This document shows positions 62,375 to 64,000 of a stretch of 64,000 nt of DNA, in pieces. Positions within the stretch are counted from its first letter, which is position 1. Every line of letters begins with the position of its first letter. Location: assembly GCA_041663045.1 (NCBI GenBank), contig JBAZRH010000001.1, positions 148,403-212,402 on the forward strand. Reading direction: 5' to 3'. The stretch comes from Minisyncoccota bacterium (GTDB lineage: Bacteria > Patescibacteriota > Minisyncoccia > Phycocordibacterales > GWA1-40-21). The position numbers and the translations under genes are program-made. A model generated the notes under the pieces. It was not told the DNA's origin. It did no database searches and saw nothing but the letters and a program-made list of their open reading frames with translations.

Positions 62375-64000
62375 TTATTTTTTAAGAACTTTCTTCAAAT
62401 AATGCCCAGTATACGATTTGTTATTATTGGCGACATCCTCTGGCGTTCCCTTTGCCACTATTTCCCCGCCTTTGTCGCCTCCTTCGGGGCCAATATCGAT
62501 AATATAGTCGGAGGATTTTATGAGATCCATATTGTGTTCTATCACGACGACGGTGTTTCCAGCATCTACAAGTTTTTGTAAAATTTCAATAAGCTTTTTT
62601 ACATCTTCATAATGAAGTCCGATGGTCGGCTCGTCCAAAAGATACATTGTTCTGTGCAGATTTGGCCTGTAAAGTTCGGTAGAGATTTTTACCCTTTGTG
62701 CCTCACCTCCAGAAAGCGTCGTGGCACTCTGACCAAGTTTCAAATATCCAAGACCGACTTCATTCATCTCATGCAAGCGGTCAAAAATCGCAGGAATGTC
62801 CTCAAAGAATTTGAGTGCTTCTTCCACAGTCATCTCAAGCACCTGATGAACATTTTTGCCTTTGTATTTCACCTCCAGCGTTTCCTTTGTGAACCTTTTG
62901 CCATTGCAGACATCGCAGGGGACGTAAACTGTCGGCAAGAAATGCATTTCCACAGCGATAGTGCCATTCCCCTCGCAAGCTTCGCATCTGCCACCTTTTA
63001 CATTGAAAGAAAAACGATTTGATTTCCATCCCCTTTCACGCGCTTCCGTAGTTGCCGAAAACATATCTCTTATATGAGTCCATGCGCCGGTGTATGTGGC
63101 AGGGTTTGACCTTGGCGTTCTGCCTATCGGCGACTGATCTATCATAATAGTCCTCCCGACATATTCTGAACCAGTGAAAGATGCGCAGTGGTGAGTTTCA
63201 TTTGTCCTGTATTTTCTATCAACTCTCGCCTGCAAGTTTTTATGCAATATTTCATAAACAAGAGATGATTTGCCCGAGCCAGATACGCCAGTGACACAGA
63301 CGAATTTACCAAGCGGAATATCAATATTCATATTTTTAATATTAAATATTTTTCCACCACGGATCTTTATCGCACCTTTGTCTTGGTCGCGCCTTTTCTT
63401 CGGCTTTTCTATTTTCTTCTCACCACGCAAATATGCGAGAGTAAGTGAATCACTTTTATTGTCTTTTGCTGTGAGAAGCTCCTCCAAGTATCCAGAGACC
63501 ACGACTTCCCCACCGTGCACTCCAGCGCCCGGGCCGATGTCTATGATATAGTCTGAAGAATACATAGTGTCTTCATCATGTTCCACCACAATAATAGTAT
63601 TTCCCAAATCACGGAGATTTGTAAGGGTCTTTATAAGGCGGTCATTGTCGCGTTGATGCAGACCGATAGTCGGCTCATCCAAGACATATAAAGCGCCAAC
63701 AAGGCCAGAGCCAAGCTGTGATGCGAGGCGTATCCTCTGTGCCTCTCCGCCAGAAAGTGTATAAGCCTTTCTTTCAAGTGAAAGATAATCTATACCGACA
63801 TCTATCATAAATTGCAGTCTCGCATCTATTTCTTTGACTACGACTTTGCAAATTTCTTTTTCGACTTCTGTGAGTTTGAGATTTTCTATAAAGTGTTTCG
63901 CGTCTTTTATTGATTTGCCGACAAAATCCACAATACTTATGCCACCAAGAAGCACATGTAGAGCTTCTTCACGAAGTCTTGCACTGTGGCAAGTGTCGCA
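62375..64000 (-). CDS. uvrA: excinuclease ABC subunit A (C-terminal ~540 codons in window; gene continues past window end)
   Basis: Second ABC ATPase module of UvrA: Walker A GVSGSGKSSL, zinc-finger CEACEGNG...CDVCNGKRF, signature LSGGEAQR, Walker B YLLDEPT. Frame stays open to nt 64000. Confidence 0.85.
   Translation of the reverse strand, partial: CDTCHSARLREEALHVLLGGISIVDFVGKSIKDAKHFIENLKLTEVEKEICKVVVKEIDARLQFMIDVGIDYLSLERKAYTLSGGEAQRIRLASQLGSGLVGALYVLDEPTIGLHQRDNDRLIKTLTNLRDLGNTIIVVEHDEDTMYSSDYIIDIGPGAGVHGGEVVVSGYLEELLTAKDNKSDSLTLAYLRGEKKIEKPKKRRDQDKGAIKIRGGKIFNIKNMNIDIPLGKFVCVTGVSGSGKSSLVYEILHKNLQARVDRKYRTNETHHCASFTGSEYVGRTIMIDQSPIGRTPRSNPATYTGAWTHIRDMFSATTEARERGWKSNRFSFNVKGGRCEACEGNGTIAVEMHFLPTVYVPCDVCNGKRFTKETLEVKYKGKNVHQVLEMTVEEALKFFEDIPAIFDRLHEMNEVGLGYLKLGQSATTLSGGEAQRVKISTELYRPNLHRTMYLLDEPTIGLHYEDVKKLIEILQKLVDAGNTVVVIEHNMDLIKSSDYIIDIGPEGGDKGGEIVAKGTPEDVANNNKSYTGHYLKKVLKK

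Overview
Markedly AT-rich bacterial contig fragment, standard genetic code (UGA is a stop, not reassigned). Gene content and the very compact organisation look like a small-genome, probably CPR/Patescibacteria-like organism; this is inference. Only the final ~45 nt of the minus-strand uvrA ORF continue to the window edge; no other feature is truncated.

- Start of window (minus strand): ribosomal/RNAP block infA-rpmJ-rpsM-rpsK-rpsD-rpoA-rplQ-rplM, then housekeeping genes alaS, mnmA, a PP2C phosphatase, ychF, and two nucleases.
- Dominant feature: a ~36-kb, almost gap-free minus-strand array (13.2-49.4 kb) of 19 paralogous ORFs. Each ends in a PEP-utilising-enzyme 'mobile/swivel' phosphohistidine domain (Pfam PEP-utilizers). 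The conserved block is TDEGG-[IL]-T-[CS]-HAAI...PC-[IV]-[IV]-GT...DGD-x-VEVDADKG, fused to divergent helical N-terminal domains. A 20th member lies on the + strand at 57.1-58.5 kb. That gives 23 swivel domains in 20 ORFs, including one triple-module and one double-module ORF.
- Embedded in the array: a stand-alone PEP-synthase/PPDK-type ATP-grasp gene (PPDK_N) joined to the next ORF across an A9 slippery run; an HTH(XRE)-swivel fusion; two histidine-phosphatase-superfamily genes; a PTA/PTB-like gene; and an N-formylglutamate-amidohydrolase-like gene.
- Also embedded: a compositionally foreign GC-rich ~1.5-kb plus-strand island encoding a SixA-like phosphohistidine phosphatase and an LMW-PTP-like phosphatase, each with a textbook sigma70 promoter and a rho-independent terminator.
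- Downstream: MacAB-like ABC efflux genes, a tRNA cluster (Val, Ala x3, Pro), secreted/CAP-domain proteins, a HAD phosphatase next to the outlying swivel gene, ddl, uvrC and partial uvrA.
- Short palindromic elements: a two-copy ~113-nt structured element with fully compensatory stem changes; RPE-like in-frame repeats inside uvrC; and a GC-rich in-frame insert in mnmA.
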